A stretch of DNA of 64,000 bases, taken from an uncultured bacterium (GTDB lineage: Bacteria; Patescibacteriota; Gracilibacteria; Absconditabacterales; Absconditicoccaceae). The notes beneath the pieces were generated by a model. The model searched no databases and was not told the origin of the DNA. It saw nothing but the letters and a program-made list of their open reading frames with translations. Both the position numbers and the translations under genes were made by a program. Location of the stretch: positions 8,478 through 72,477 of the forward strand of contig CAMVNG010000003.1 in assembly GCA_947168815.1 (NCBI GenBank). The letters are read 5' to 3'. Shown in pieces: positions 32,875 to 45,285 of the stretch (its first letter is position 1; every line of letters begins with the position of its first letter).

Positions 32875-33785
32875 TAGTTTTCAGTTGATAAAATTCAATA
32901 TCGTAGTGCGTTCTCTTGGTTAACATTTGAGGATATTTGTTTTTTAACATTAATCCAAGCTTGTGCTCAAGCACTATTATGTTGTTCTGCATATTCTTTA
33001 ATAAGCACAGTTTGAAATATATCAAGAAATCAAGCTTCATCTAATTTTTTCAAACTATCAATTTTTTTAAACCAATCTCCATTCTCCATCATAAGTGGTA
33101 GTAACCCTTTCATTAATTCAAAGATCTCAGGATTCTCTTTTACTTTTTTATATATTTCATGGAATGTTCATGGTTTTCACATAGAAAGTTTTATTAGTAA
33201 TTCCTTTTCATCATTTTTAATATCTGAAAAATTATCGTTAATATATTTAGCCATTTCCGAATCAGAGAGAGGAGAAAATCTTATAACCATTGCTCTTGAA
33301 AGAATTGTAGGAAGAATTCAGCTTTCATGTTCAGCTGTCGCAAAAAGGAATCTATTTGGAAGCGGCTCTTCACATGTTTTTAAGAAGGCATTCATAGAAG
33401 CTTGTGTCATTCTTTGAATGTTCTCTATAAGAAGAATTTTCTTTCAACTAAAAGAGGATTGTTGTAACCAACTATTTATTTCTCTAACTCACTTATTTTC
33501 ATAGATTGTATTATCGAATAGAGGTATTGTTTTTTGTTTATCTGGTGTTTCTATCTGAATAGAATGATATTTTCCAAGTTCTTTTGTGCAGTCTTTCATC
33601 CAAAAAAGATCAGTTATAGAATATTCTCATAAGATTATATCTGAATAAGAACGTAGAAAAGATGTCTTTCCAATACCTTCTGGACCTATAATAATTAAAA
33701 AAACTGGTCTATTACTCGACTCGTTTTTTTCAATATATGTTTTAAATTGAGATTTAGCTACCTCATTTCAAATGAGCGTTTCCAT
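32874..33785 (-). CDS. holB: DNA polymerase III delta' subunit
   Basis: P-loop GPEGIGKTS, NAFLKTCEEP, ILSRAMVIRF. The C-terminal frame was verified codon by codon. Its stop overlaps the rsmA start (TAATG). Confidence 0.8.
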
Positions 33786-33850
33786 ATTTCTACACTTAAA
33801 AAAAGATACAAAGATACCTAAAATATAGTTTTTGATTAAAGAAAATCAAA

Positions 33851-33876
33851 TAAAAAACCTGATGTTAATCAGGTCT
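33851..33876 (-). terminator. rho-independent terminator (minus strand)
   Basis: ACCTGAT/ATCAGGT stem with a 4-nt loop. The T-run on the minus strand corresponds to the plus-strand A-run at 33852-33857. Confidence 0.6.
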
Positions 33877-33883
33877 TTATTAT

Positions 33884-35245
33884 TTAAAATCTTAAATTAC
33901 TTGGAAGTTGACTTTCAAAAATTTCTCGGCTCTCAGTTATAGGAGTATTTTCAACATAATTAATCCAATTCTTTAATGTATTTAATTGGGTTTCTTTTGT
34001 TGGAGGGAAGTGATAGTGTTTCATTCAATTTATTACTAAGTCAATCTGTGCGAGAACTGATTTAGCAGAAGGATCTAAAGAAATATTAACATTACATACA
34101 TCAGCAACCGCCTTCACTCTCCAAAGAATATTTCTATAAGCAGAAGCTATTTTGTTAGAATCTCAACTCTCTTTAGCAAGATATAAATCTTTCACATCTC
34201 ACATTAAGAAACTAGAATTGAGTGCAGCAGTAATCTGGCTTAATTGATTTTCCGTTGGAACAATTTTTTCATCAGCATTATAAGCTAAATCATTACTAAT
34301 ATTTTCTTCAATTTCACCTGGAATTGCAGAGTTCGAAGTCAAGAAATCATCGTTTTCTTTAATAAGTGTTTCAATATCTGTAACCTCAGGAGTCTTTTCA
34401 TTTAAATCTCATTCGATAGTATCTTCTTTAGGAAGAGTTGTGGTATAAGTAAGATTTCATTTACTTGTCAAAGCGGTTGCAAATTCTTTTATATCTGTAA
34501 TATGAGTAATGTCGTTTGCCTCCATTGTTAAAAGTTTTTCAGGTTCGAGTGTTATCTCTTCTTCTTGTTTGGTCTTATCTTTGATAAGTAATGATGATCA
34601 TTTATTTTCTAGTTCTGTTCTGTGATCTACTTTCGTTAATGTTAATGCAACTTTTTCATCTTTATTTGTTTCAATAGTCATTTCATCAGTCTCGACTTGT
34701 AGAATATCGACACTTTCATCACTATCAACCTTTAAGAAATCTCATTCCATCAAAAACAGATGATATTTTCATTCACTAACTTTGCTGATTGTAAATTTCG
34801 CAGGTCACTGTATTTCAGTCTTTATATTATCATTGATATTAAAAATGATTTTTGCATTTTCCTTTAATGTGATTAAATCTCAATCAAAAAGAACTGAATT
34901 TTGGAAGGTCTTACCTTCTTTTTCTATGATGTAATCACCATTAATTTCTAGTACTTCAGCAATATAATCAGCGCTTACAACATGTGATCATGTGGGATTC
35001 TTCTCAGCCCAAAAGGCTCTATACTCTATAAGTTTAGGAAAATCTCAAAAATAAATTCATAAAAAAGAAAAAATAAGAACAAAGGAAAGAAAAGCATAAA
35101 TCTTTCTTGTTCTTAATATTTTAGTCCTCTCAAGATTATGAGAAACCCTAGACCTTTCTTCACAGATCCTTTGATACAGAGCGATTTTCCTCTCGTCTGA
35201 AAGTTTATTGTTACCTTCTTGATAAAAATATGTTTCTAATTTCAT
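33884..35245 (-). CDS. hypothetical single-pass membrane protein (453 aa)
   Basis: Track ORF 35057..35245 extends through TGA codons to TAA 33884-33886. The TM helix IYAFLSFVLIFSFLGIYF follows a 45-aa cytoplasmic head. Confidence 0.6.
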
Positions 35246-35371
35246 TATTGATAAGGTTGGAGAATTATAACTGAATCTATGAAGTTTTTCTCATAATAAG
35301 TTCCCTCTAGGTTCACTTTTTAATACGAATAAACTTTAGTTTTGTGACAAAAAAGTCCTCATTTTTTTAAC

Positions 35372-35400
35372 AAAAAAAAGATGCCTATAATGGCATCTTT
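35372..35400 (-). terminator. rho-independent terminator (minus strand)
   Basis: AAAGATGCC/GGCATCTTT stem with a 6-nt loop and a flanking A8 run, which is a T-run on the minus strand. Confidence 0.7.
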
Positions 35401-35419
35401 TAGATTGAAAATGAATAAC

Positions 35420-35770
35420 TTAGAAAGTTACATCATCTTCATCTTCTTCTTTAACAGCTTCTTCTCTATTTTCAGCTGCTCTTGAAATTCTATTTGGATC
35501 TTCTTTAGCGAAATCAACTTTAATTGGTCTTCCCCAAAGTTCTTGTCAATCCATTTCAGCTTTTGCTTTTGCTGCATCATCAGCATTTGCAAATTCTACG
35601 AATCCAAATCCTTTACTCCTTGGAGGTTTTGTACTTTGATCAAGATTTACTCTAGCGAATACAACTTCTCCATACTTTGAGAATTCAGTTTTGAGATCAT
35701 TTCATCTCATTTTCCAGTTTAATCAACCCACGAATAATTTTGTTTGGCTGATGATCATTTCTTCACTCAT
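35420..35770 (-). CDS. RRM-type RNA-binding protein (116 aa)
   Basis: RNP2 motif KLFVGGL and RNP1 motif KGFGFVEF, with an acidic C-terminal tail. Confidence 0.85.
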
Positions 35771-35878
35771 CTAGTCGCAAAAATAATAAATTAAATGGTA
35801 GTCTTTTGATAGACTTGCCTCGGAGTATATGATTAATTTTTTATATTACAAATCTTTTTAGAATAATTCTGTAAAAAT

Positions 35879-35906
35879 TTGCTTTACATTTTTTTCTGAA
35901 TATAAT
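35879..35906 (+). promoter_or_regulatory. sigma70-like promoter (TTGCTT-N16-TATAAT)
   Basis: -35 at 35879-35884 and -10 at 35901-35906. ATG at 35940. Confidence 0.5.
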
Positions 35907-35939
35907 AAATGTAGTGTTTATATCCTACGAAATATCACA

Positions 35940-37889
35940 ATGGCTGATATGAATCCAACAGCAGCAGCGAATACAGCGAACACCGTAACTCCTCAAAATG
36001 AAGCGGAGAAGAAGCCAATGTTTTGAGGTTCTCAAGAAGTGTTTGATAATTTGGAAAAATTTGAAAAAATATCAAACCCAACAAGTAATGATTTTAACTT
36101 TGATTTCTGAGATTTACAATCTCCAGTAATTGCTGAAGGTCAAAGTACACAAGAAGAACAATGATTACAACAAAATGAAATTGCTGCTGAAATTCCAGTT
36201 CAATCATCGGCATTATCAGATTTTAATTTTGATGATGTTGTTAATTCCGTTGCTGAATGAGAAACTTCTACAGTTGAAAACTCTCAAGAAGCGTGAACTA
36301 TTGAAAATCAAGAATGAGATAGTATTCCTAGTACTGAAGTTCCTTTCGAACAGCCAAATGTAGAAGAGAATCCAACAAGTGATATTCAAAATATGAATTT
36401 AGAAATTCCATGAGAAGATAAAGGGGCTAGAACAGAGGATACTAATCTAGAGACAGCACCCATTGATTTAAATATTGGTGATTTACCAGCAAGTGAAGAA
36501 AAGAATGAGAATAATGAAGAAGAGCAACAATCTGAAACATCAGCAATAGAAGAATCAAATGATTTTGAGCTAGATATTCCAGCTCAAGGACCTTCTTTTG
36601 AAGAAGATAAAGAAGATAAACCAAATCAAACAGAGGAAAACATACCTTCATTTGATTTCGATTTTCCATGAACATGAACTGATGTAGTGAATAATGAAGA
36701 AAAAAATTGAGAAAATATAGATTTTGCTCCAGTGGATGATGAAAAAAATGATGGTAACAATGAAATGTTAGATAATCAAGAAGAGGAGGAAAAACAAGCA
36801 GATCCTGTTTTAGAGGTATCATTAGATGATGAAGACACAAAAGAATCAGCTGAAACAGAAGAAAATAAGGAAGAAGAGTCAATAGAAAAAGAGATTGATA
36901 CCCAAGAAACCACTGATGAAGAAAATAAAGAAAATGACGAAGATGATGAGGAAGAAGATGAAAGTAATGAGGATGAAGAGGATACTGATGAAGAGGAAGA
37001 CGAAGAAGATGAGGATGAAAACGATGATGAGGAAGAAGCTGAAAATAAAGATGATGAACAAGAAGATGACAATGATGAGGAAGAAGATGAGGAAAGTGAT
37101 GAAGATGAAGAAGACGCAGATGAAGATGAACAAGAAGATGATAATAATGAATTGGAAAATGATAATAAACTTGCAGATGAACAAAATGATGATTTATGAG
37201 AAGAAGTAGTAGAAACAGAAGCAAAAGAGGAGAATTCAGAAGATGAACAAGAAATCGATGAAGAAGAAAAGATACAAAAGATAGAAGAAACTGATGATGA
37301 ATCAGAAGAAAATGATGAAGAAGGTGAAGAAAATCAAACTAAAGAAGAGACTATAGAAGAACAGTCTGCAGAAGAAAAAGCTGCATTAAATATGGAGGAA
37401 TATGATGCAGAAAATTTGAGCTCATTGATGAAACAATATAGAGAACTATTAAATCTTGCAAAGACAATGATTTGATTAGAACAAAAAATCAATAAAGACG
37501 AAACAATAGCTCAAACTGAAATTATCGGAAATAATACAGAAAAAAATATGATTCGTTATTTGATTTCAATTGAATGAGAAGAGAATCAATCATTAATTAT
37601 TATGAGAGTTGAAAAAGATTATGCCCGTGATGAAGAGTCTGAACATAAACTAGAATTTACAAGTGAAGAGGGTGACAAGAATTTGATTATAAAAGTGGAT
37701 GATTTCAAACTATATGAAGAAATTTTGGACTTACAAGATCCAGTTAAACAGTTACAAGTTTGAGATAAAATGAAAAAATTTAATTTCTTATTTCAATGAA
37801 GATTATCGGAATTAGAAGAAAAAATGGAAGAAATTAAGGAAATGAAAGAAAAAATGAGAGCGTTCCGTGATATATTTAGAAATTTCTAA
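35940..37889 (+). CDS. hyper-acidic hypothetical protein (649 aa)
   Basis: Track ORF 36732..37199 is in frame with ATG 35940. TAA at 37887-37889. A structured-looking C-terminal domain of about 170 aa follows the D/E block. Confidence 0.7.
36732..37199 (+). repeat. GAA/GAT-rich low-complexity coding block (poly-D/E)
   Basis: Translation is almost entirely D, E, N and K. It spawns four spurious overlapping ORFs in other frames and on the other strand in the track. Confidence 0.85.
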
Positions 37890-37899
37890 AACAAATTGG

Positions 37900-37927
37900 A
37901 AGGAGCTAGTAAATAGCTCCTTTTTTG
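37900..37927 (+). terminator. rho-independent terminator (first of two in tandem)
   Basis: AAGGAGCTA/TAGCTCCTT stem followed by T6. Confidence 0.8.
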
Positions 37928-37934
37928 TTTATTA

Positions 37935-37960
37935 AAAAGACTGGAAAGTCTTTTTTATTT
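37935..37960 (+). terminator. rho-independent terminator (second of two in tandem)
   Basis: AAAAGACT/AGTCTTTT stem with a GGAA loop, followed by TTATTT. Confidence 0.6.
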
Positions 37961-38019
37961 TGATATATTCGACATAGTCTTAATAATATTCAAATCTTTA
38001 TATCTCATTTTTTACTGGA

Positions 38020-38673
38020 ATGCTTTCTCTTTTTCTGATTTGAATGTGAGGTGTTGGGTATATGCCATCAATAGCAAGTGATCCTATCGTATATCGTGAA
38101 CTTAATATAAATGACAGTTGGGACACGGAATCAGACGATTCTTTTCAAAAAGTGTTAAATAAATCGCATCCTTTCAAGGATTTATATTATGTTCCAAATG
38201 ATCTTGAATCAGTGATATCTGATTTTACATACAATAATTCAAGAAAATTTCAGTTGAGAAAAGAAGCTGCAATTGCTTTTGCTGATATGGCATGGCATTT
38301 TTGGAATGATTCTAATTGAAAGAAAAGACTATCAATAACGACAGCATATAGATCTTACAAAGAACAAAAATATTTGAATAACGGTTATTGTCTTAATAAA
38401 CCAGGACAATGTGCAGATGCATGAACAAGCGAACATCAAGCATGATTAGCATTGGATTTATGAGTTAATTGAAAAAGTATTGATAAAATAAGTTTACAAT
38501 GGCTTCAAGATAATGCTTATAAATGGGGATTCCATAATACATATCAAAAAGGAATTGAAATAGATGGCCAAATGGTAGAACCATGGCATCGAAGATATGT
38601 TGGAGATGAATTAGCTGAAGAATTATACGAGAAGAATCTTAGTTTGGCTGAGCGATATAATCTTGAAAAATAA
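38020..38673 (+). CDS. M15B/VanY-type D-alanyl-D-alanine carboxypeptidase
   Basis: N-terminal anchor MLSLFLIGMGGVGY. Zinc-ligand motifs SEHQAGLALD and EPWHRRYVG. Track ORF 38062..38319 is in frame. Confidence 0.85.
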
Positions 38674-38729
38674 GTCATAAATTGATATAGTACATTTGCG
38701 CTAAATTTTAGTTATTTTTTTGTGATAAT

Positions 38730-39395
38730 ATGACTAATACAAAAAAAGATGATGATAAACAAACAGTTGTCAATAACGAAGAGAATGATGAAACTAATGT
38801 TATAAGAGATGAAGAAATTGATGATAATTTCTTACAAGATGAATTAAACGAGTTACAAAAGGCAGAAGATGAAGCAAAAAATGAGTGAAAAGCAGATTTT
38901 GCGCCATTATTAAATAAAATTAAAGAATTAGAAGGACAACTTCAAGAAAAAGATGAAATTGCAAAAAATTCCCAAATAAATTACCTACATTTAAAGGCTG
39001 ATTTTGATATTCTTCAAAGACAGACACAGCAGAAAATAGAAAATGTTGAACGTGATTCAACGATAAAAGTAGTAAAAGATTTTTTGCCATTTATTGAAAA
39101 CTTAAGAAAGTCGTTATTAAATTTAACAGATGAACAAAAAGAAAGCTGATTAGGAGCTTGATTACAAATGATGTATGATGGATTTATAAAGAGTTTAGAA
39201 AAGCTTCATATTAAACCAATTGAAGCTATAGGGTTAGAACCAAATCCTCAATTTCATGAACCAGTTAGCATGCAAACCGTAGAAGATGAGTGATTAAAAT
39301 GAAAAATAATTCAAGAATTTCAGCAAGGATTTGTGTATGAAGTTAATGATGATTTAATTGTTGTTTCACCATCAAGAGTGATAGTTTGAAATTAG
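38730..39395 (+). CDS. grpE: nucleotide exchange factor GrpE
   Basis: Acidic N-terminus, a long coiled coil, then DFLPFIENL and FHEPVSMQ...GFVY...RVIVG, typical of the GrpE C-terminal domain. Confidence 0.85.
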
Positions 39396-39413
39396 TATAA
39401 AAAATAAGTTTTT

Positions 39414-39438
39414 AAGGGGCGTGGCCTCTTTTTTTTAT
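39414..39438 (+). terminator. rho-independent terminator
   Basis: AAGGGGC/GCCTCTT stem (one G-U pair) followed by T8. Confidence 0.7.
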
Positions 39439-39465
39439 TGAAAAAAAACGAGAAAACACTATAAA
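39438..39465 (+). promoter_or_regulatory. sigma70-like promoter (TTGAAA-N16-TATAAA)
   Basis: -35 at 39438-39443 and -10 at 39460-39465. ATG at 39498. Confidence 0.45.
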
Positions 39466-39497
39466 CCTATCAATGTTTTATTTTTTGTGTTTTTTTC

Positions 39498-42400
39498 ATG
39501 AGAGCAAAAAAAATATTTATTTGAATTTTGTTCGCTGTACTTTTGATTGTTTGATTTGAAGGAATGGCATCATTCTGGTCAGAACATTCTTATTACAAAG
39601 ACATGATTCTAAACTGGAAGAATTGGTGATTAGTCCTTTCTGCAGGAGTGTCTGCGATTATTCCATTAATTATGCTTTGACGCCAAAAGGTTGATTTTAA
39701 AGGAATTTTCTTGTCAATAGGATGATGACTATCTTTATTCATGATTTTACATGAATTAATTTTAGGAAATTTGGTGACATTATTTGCTGTAGTGCCTTTG
39801 ATTTTTAATACTTTGGTTCTTTACTGTTTATCTATACTTTTTATCATATCTGTTTTTTCTCTTTGAAACCGAATTTCAAGGAAACTAAATCTTTTTAAAA
39901 CAATAAGATGGCAGGAAACATTTCTTACTTTTGGTATAGGTTTGATAACATTTTTGTTAGTAATCCAAATTTTGGCAGGTGCTCAAATTTTCTATAGCGC
40001 AATCAGTCGAATTTTTTTTATCGCATTATTATGCTTGGCTTGGTTTGAAAGGAAACATTTTGCTCCACACAAAGAAGCATTACTCTGAATTTTAGGAAAT
40101 TTAAATTCGTTAAAGACATCAACTAAATTATGATGGATCTTTTCTTTATTAATAATATTTTCTTTTTGATATTACTTCTTTAATTTCTCTCATTCATATA
40201 TTCCTTATTCAACAGCCTGGGATGCAAACCATGAATATATGTATATTCCAAAAGTTGTTTCAGAACATCATTGAATTTTATGGTGAAATAGAGGTCCTGC
40301 AAGTGGTATGATGGGTCTACGGCATGCTTATATTGCTTTTTTCTTCTCTGTTTGATCTCCAATTTCATCAGTATTAAATATTGCAAAAGATACAATTGCT
40401 GTTAATTTAAATGCATTAAGTTGAGTTTTTGTTCTTTTGTTCGGACTTTGAGCATTAAAAGAATCTTTGCCATTGTTTAGAAAAAAAGAAGATGATGAAG
40501 AAAATGCACATGGTGCATTTCTTGTATGATGGAGTCTTATTCTTATGTGGTTGACAAGTTGAATGGGTGCATTCTTAGTATTTGTTGATAATAAAACAGA
40601 TATGTGAGTGCTAGCACTTAGTTTACTTGCAATTTTAAGTTGATTCATCTTTTTAAACTATTCAAATAAGAGATGAGCTCATATTGAAAATAAGCAAAGT
40701 CTAAAATATTTATTAGTTTCAGCAGTATTGTTCTCATTTGCGGTAATTGCAAAAGTAACAGCATTTATAGATGTTCTTGTTTTTGCTTTAATTATGGTTT
40801 GATTCTGTTTAAATACAACAACACTTATTTGACTTTGAATAATGTTCCTTTGAGTTATGGGATTTGTTCAACCTCTGTTTACTTTTGCGTTTATAAACAA
40901 AGATTTTGGTATTCTTATCTTTGTCGTATGATTTATTATTGCTTTAATCTGATTAGTTCGTTGACTAATTTGGAAAACAGACGCTTTCACGAAAAGATTG
41001 AAACAGATGGTTATTTGGTGATGTGCAATTGTGTTAACAGTTCTTGTTTTTAAAGGTCCTTGGACAGCAATTGCACAAATTAGTTCAGAGTGATTTGATG
41101 TAAAAAGTTTCTTTAGAACAACTCTTTTGGCAAAAAATATCGATAAATCAGCAGAACAAAAAATATTTTTGGCACAGGTAAATGATGAAGTTGATTTGGA
41201 TAAACAGGCAGAGATTGACACAAAAGTGCTAGTAGATGAGACAAAAGATATTACATATAACCAATGTATAAAACAAAGTTTCGATGAAGAAGAATTAAAT
41301 TCAACAAAGGAAACAGCTCCATGAAATTCATTGAAAGAAGACGTTTGAAGATATGTTTGATTTTGACGAAGAGAATTCAAAAAGACAGGATTTGGAGGTG
41401 CTTTGTTAAAACTTTTCTTCTGGAAAAATAATGCATGTTTTTGATGGGACAGTGATTGAAGAAAATTATGTAAAAATGCTAACTTAATTGAAAAACAAGA
41501 TATATCAAAATTAAAGGAATTAGATGAAAATGAGCTTAGTAAAAATGGAGAAGCTCATGAACTCATTCAAAACTTGATTGAGGCAAAAACTTCATGAGAT
41601 GATTTGAGAGATTATTTTACAGCTATAGAAGCTTATTATCAAGAACATAGTATCAAAACTACGGATGAAGGAGTCTATATTCCATATAGATATATTGTAC
41701 CTTTGAATGTTGTTTTTAATCGGTCTCTACAAAATCATAGTAGTTACTATACAGATATCGGTCTTATCTGGTTATGTGTATTTGTAATCATGCTTGGATG
41801 ATTGGTATATGCAATATGTACATATGATAAAAAAAGAAAACATCTTCTTATTATTGGTTTCTCAACAATTATTTGATGGATTATTCGGCGAGCAATTGCT
41901 TGATGAATTGTATGGTACGGTCTATGATTGATTATTTGGTCTATTTTTGTTGTTTCAAGTTTTATTCAGGAATGGACATCAGAAGAAGATGAAACCTATA
42001 AAATGTGGGTTTATCTATTAATTTGATTGTTAGCACTTTATATAATTGTTCAGGCTGTGTTTAATGTTTCAAGAATAGCAACACAAGGAAGTTCATGACC
42101 ATTTTGATGGTATAAATCAAATGTTTGAGAAAGACAAACAGTTTCAGACAAGTTAGAATTTAATACTGAAAAAGTATATACATTTAATGCTCAAGATATT
42201 TTTGCTTTACAATTTGGACAATATCAACCATTCATTGATGCTGTAAAAGATAGAAAAGATGAAGATTGAGTAATGATTGCCGGAACATATATTCAGTATT
42301 TCTTAGATAATCAAAAGAATATTGTTTCAGATGGTATGTTAAATTGGCTCTGGGAAGAAACGTCTGATGTTAATAGTTGTAGATCATATCAAAGATTAAA

Positions 42401-43046
42401 AAATGAAAATATTAAATATTTGATAATAGATCCTAATATAGGAACTGTAGGTAGAGCAGGAGACTGAAATGAATCATTATTCTATAGGTTCTTTGCAAGG
42501 TTAAGCGCTGATGAAAAGAGTATTCAAACTCATTGAGCAATAACAATGCTTATAAAAATGGCACAAGAATGATATTTAGATTTAATATATACAAATAATA
42601 TAGGAGCAAAATATGCTTTCCAACTATCAGATAGCGATCTTATTGCTAAATACGGAATGATGGGTAAAGAAGATCTTATTCTTTTAAGAGCAAAAATGGC
42701 TGTTGCTAAATTCTTCTATACAGAACAAGATCTATTAGATAAAATGTTTGTAATCTTCCAAGAAAGAATATTAAACGGTAAAGGTATTTGAGATGTTGCA
42801 AGTATCTTATGAAAACAAGTTGATGAGAAAAAATTATTACCAATTGTTCAAGACGTTTTAAATTGAGATGGAAGTTCATTAAAGAATCTTTCTCAGGATG
42901 AAAAATATGTTGTTGCTCAATTTGCTTGAGTTTATAGATTACTAACAAATCCAGGACAGGCAAATCAGGCATCCGAAGTTCTAACTCAATTATTCCAAAA
43001 TTCATTATTTGGATCTAGTCAAGTTATAGGACTTGAATTAAGATAA
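39498..43046 (+). CDS. very large polytopic membrane protein (1182 aa), possibly GT-C-like
   Basis: Track ORFs 41127..41324, 41604..41801 and 42273..42467 share the frame of ATG 39498. There are more than 15 hydrophobic helices. An early loop reads TAWDANHEYMYIPK. Soluble segments lie at about 41100-41700 and in the last 330 aa or so. Confidence 0.7.
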
Positions 43047-43068
43047 TTATTATTTCTTTTAAAAAAAT

Positions 43069-44106
43069 ATGAAAATTCTTGTTGGACTTTCATGAGGTGT
43101 TGATTCTGCAATAGCTGCATATCTTCTTAAACAGCAAGGTCATGAAGTTGTTGCAGGATTTATGAAAAATTACACATCAGAAGGAGGTAATTGTACAACA
43201 TATAATGACTCAATTGAGGCAATCAAAGTTGCAGAGTTTTTGAAAATAAAAATTCTTGCTTTTGATTTTCAGAAAGAATACCAAGAAAGAATTATTGATT
43301 ATATTTATGATTGATATAAAAGAGGTATTACTCCAAATCCTGATGTTCTATGTAATTCATTGATAAAATTTGATGTATTTTTGGGAAAAGCACTAGAACA
43401 AGGTTTTGATAAAATAGCAACCGGTCATTACACAATGATAGAAGAAAAAAATAATATATATAATTTAATGCGTTGAGTGGATCATAATAAGGATCAATCT
43501 TATTTCTTGGCATGATTAAATCAATTTCAGTTATCTCACTCATTGTTCCCAATTTGAGGGTTAACCAAGCCTGAAGTTAGAGACTTAGCAAAAGAAGTAG
43601 GGCTGCCAAACGCGGAGAGAAGGGATTCTCAAGGACTATGTTTTATCTGAAATGTACCAATTAAGAATTTTTTAATGGATAAATTCCCAGTTAAAAAATG
43701 AAAGATAAAAACATTGGATTGAACAATTGTATGAGAACATGATTGAGCATATTTTTTCACAATATGACAAAAACACTGATTGGGATTGAATTTTAAAGCA
43801 TATGTTTATCGTATAGATATTGAAAATAATATTGTATATGTATGTGATAAGGAAGCCGATGAATTATATTCAGAAAACTTAATTGTAAAAGATTGGCATT
43901 GGATTAATGAAGAATATGAAACCTGAAGTTTGTTAACTTGAAAAATTCGTTATCGTCAAAACCCACCAGTTGAGTGTGAAATATTAGAAAAAAGCGGAGC
44001 TGAACTTAAAATTTGATTTAAAGAAAAACAGCGAGCAGTTGCTCCATGACAAGTATTTGTATTATATGATTGAGAAATTTGTTTGTGATGCTGAATTATA
44101 TCTTAA
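43069..44106 (+). CDS. mnmA: tRNA 2-thiouridine(34) synthase
   Basis: PP-loop LSGGVDS (its first Gly is TGA 43093-43095), Cys motifs PDVLCN and GLCFIG, KDQSYFL. Confidence 0.92.
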
Positions 44107-44136
44107 TTAAAAACCAGATATAAAATCAGAATTAAT

Positions 44137-45264
44137 TTATCAAAGTACTCTTCTTATTCATTTATCAAGTCTAATGAGTATTTCATAAGGGATAGTGTTT
44201 GCCTTTTCTGCTATAGAAACAATACTATTCTCTTTTTTTATATCATTAGAAATGAGCTCTATTTTCTCTCAACATTTCATTTGAGGAAGAGCAAGGGTTG
44301 AACTAATATTCATACATATAGTTCAAATTTGAGGAGTTGGAATATTGTTATAATAATAAGTTAATTTTCAACTTAGAGTCCTCATCCATCCCTCATAGTA
44401 TCAAAATGGGATAGTAGCAGAACGACATTTTTTATCAGAAATTCGTCTATGATTATAACTTACACCATCATTCTTATCTAGGTCTTGTAAAGAAATAATG
44501 CTTGAAGTAAGTGAAAGTGCAGGAGAGAGATTTTCAAGTTTTTTAACTGGAGCTGGGAAAGGGGAATATCAATAAAGAAGTATTCATGGCCTTCGAGCAT
44601 TAAAGAATGGATCATTAATCATAGTCATTCATGCTGATGCTCAGATGTGCTTCCATTTTGGAGAAAATCAATTTTCTTCTATAATTTGTGTCATCTCTTT
44701 AAAGGCTTTTATTTGATTATCTGTATGGTTATTGCCTATTTCATCAGCGTCATATAAATGTGACATTACTCATTCAAGGATTATTTTTTTTGATTTTTTG
44801 AGTGTAGTTAAAAAAGAATTTAAATCTTTCTTTTGAATTCCTTCTCTATTCATTCAAGTATTGATAAAGAGATGTATCTTAATTTTTTTATTTAAAGATA
44901 TGAGGTATTTAAGAGTGTCTATATTATAAATAGCAACAGTAGTCCTTCTGTAATCAAAAAAATTATAGTTTTCAGGGAGAGTCTCTCCCATAATAAGAAT
45001 ATTAAATTTTGAATTGTTGTGGATGATTTGATATTCAGGAAAAGAGTCTACAACAAGATAGGGAAAATTATTGTCTTTAAGAATCTCTAAAACTTGTAGA
45101 ATTCCATGTCAGTACGCATTTGATTTTAAAACAGGGAAAAATGCGTTATTGGGTTGTAGTTTTCTAATAACATCCAAATTATTCTTTATACAATTTTTAT
45201 GAATAGTAATTGTATTTAAGGTATCTACTTTAGGCTTAATTAGGTCTTTAATCTTTTTTAACAT
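44137..45264 (-). CDS. alr: alanine racemase
   Basis: PLP-lysine motif VLKSNAYGHG, then SHLYDAD and the C-terminal beta domain. 375 aa. Confidence 0.88.
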
Positions 45265-45285
45265 AGATAATTAGATGTAATAAAA

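Noticed and set aside
36442-37224. Long ORFs in the track on the opposite strand and in alternative frames of the acidic gene (36442..37224, 36776..37072, 36879..37184, 36895..37209).
   Set aside because: They are mirror or shifted readings of a GAA/GAT low-complexity tract (poly-L/H, poly-S, poly-I/F, poly-K/M). Only the frame continuous with ATG 35940 and the conserved-looking C-terminal domain is credible.
40868-41380. 170-aa antisense ORF inside the 1182-aa membrane protein gene. Similar antisense ORFs lie at 13951..14394 and 18853..19332.
   Set aside because: Each lies opposite a gene whose sense frame is supported by motifs or by multiple in-frame track ORFs. The antisense translations are low-complexity (S/F/I/N-rich) and have no start context.
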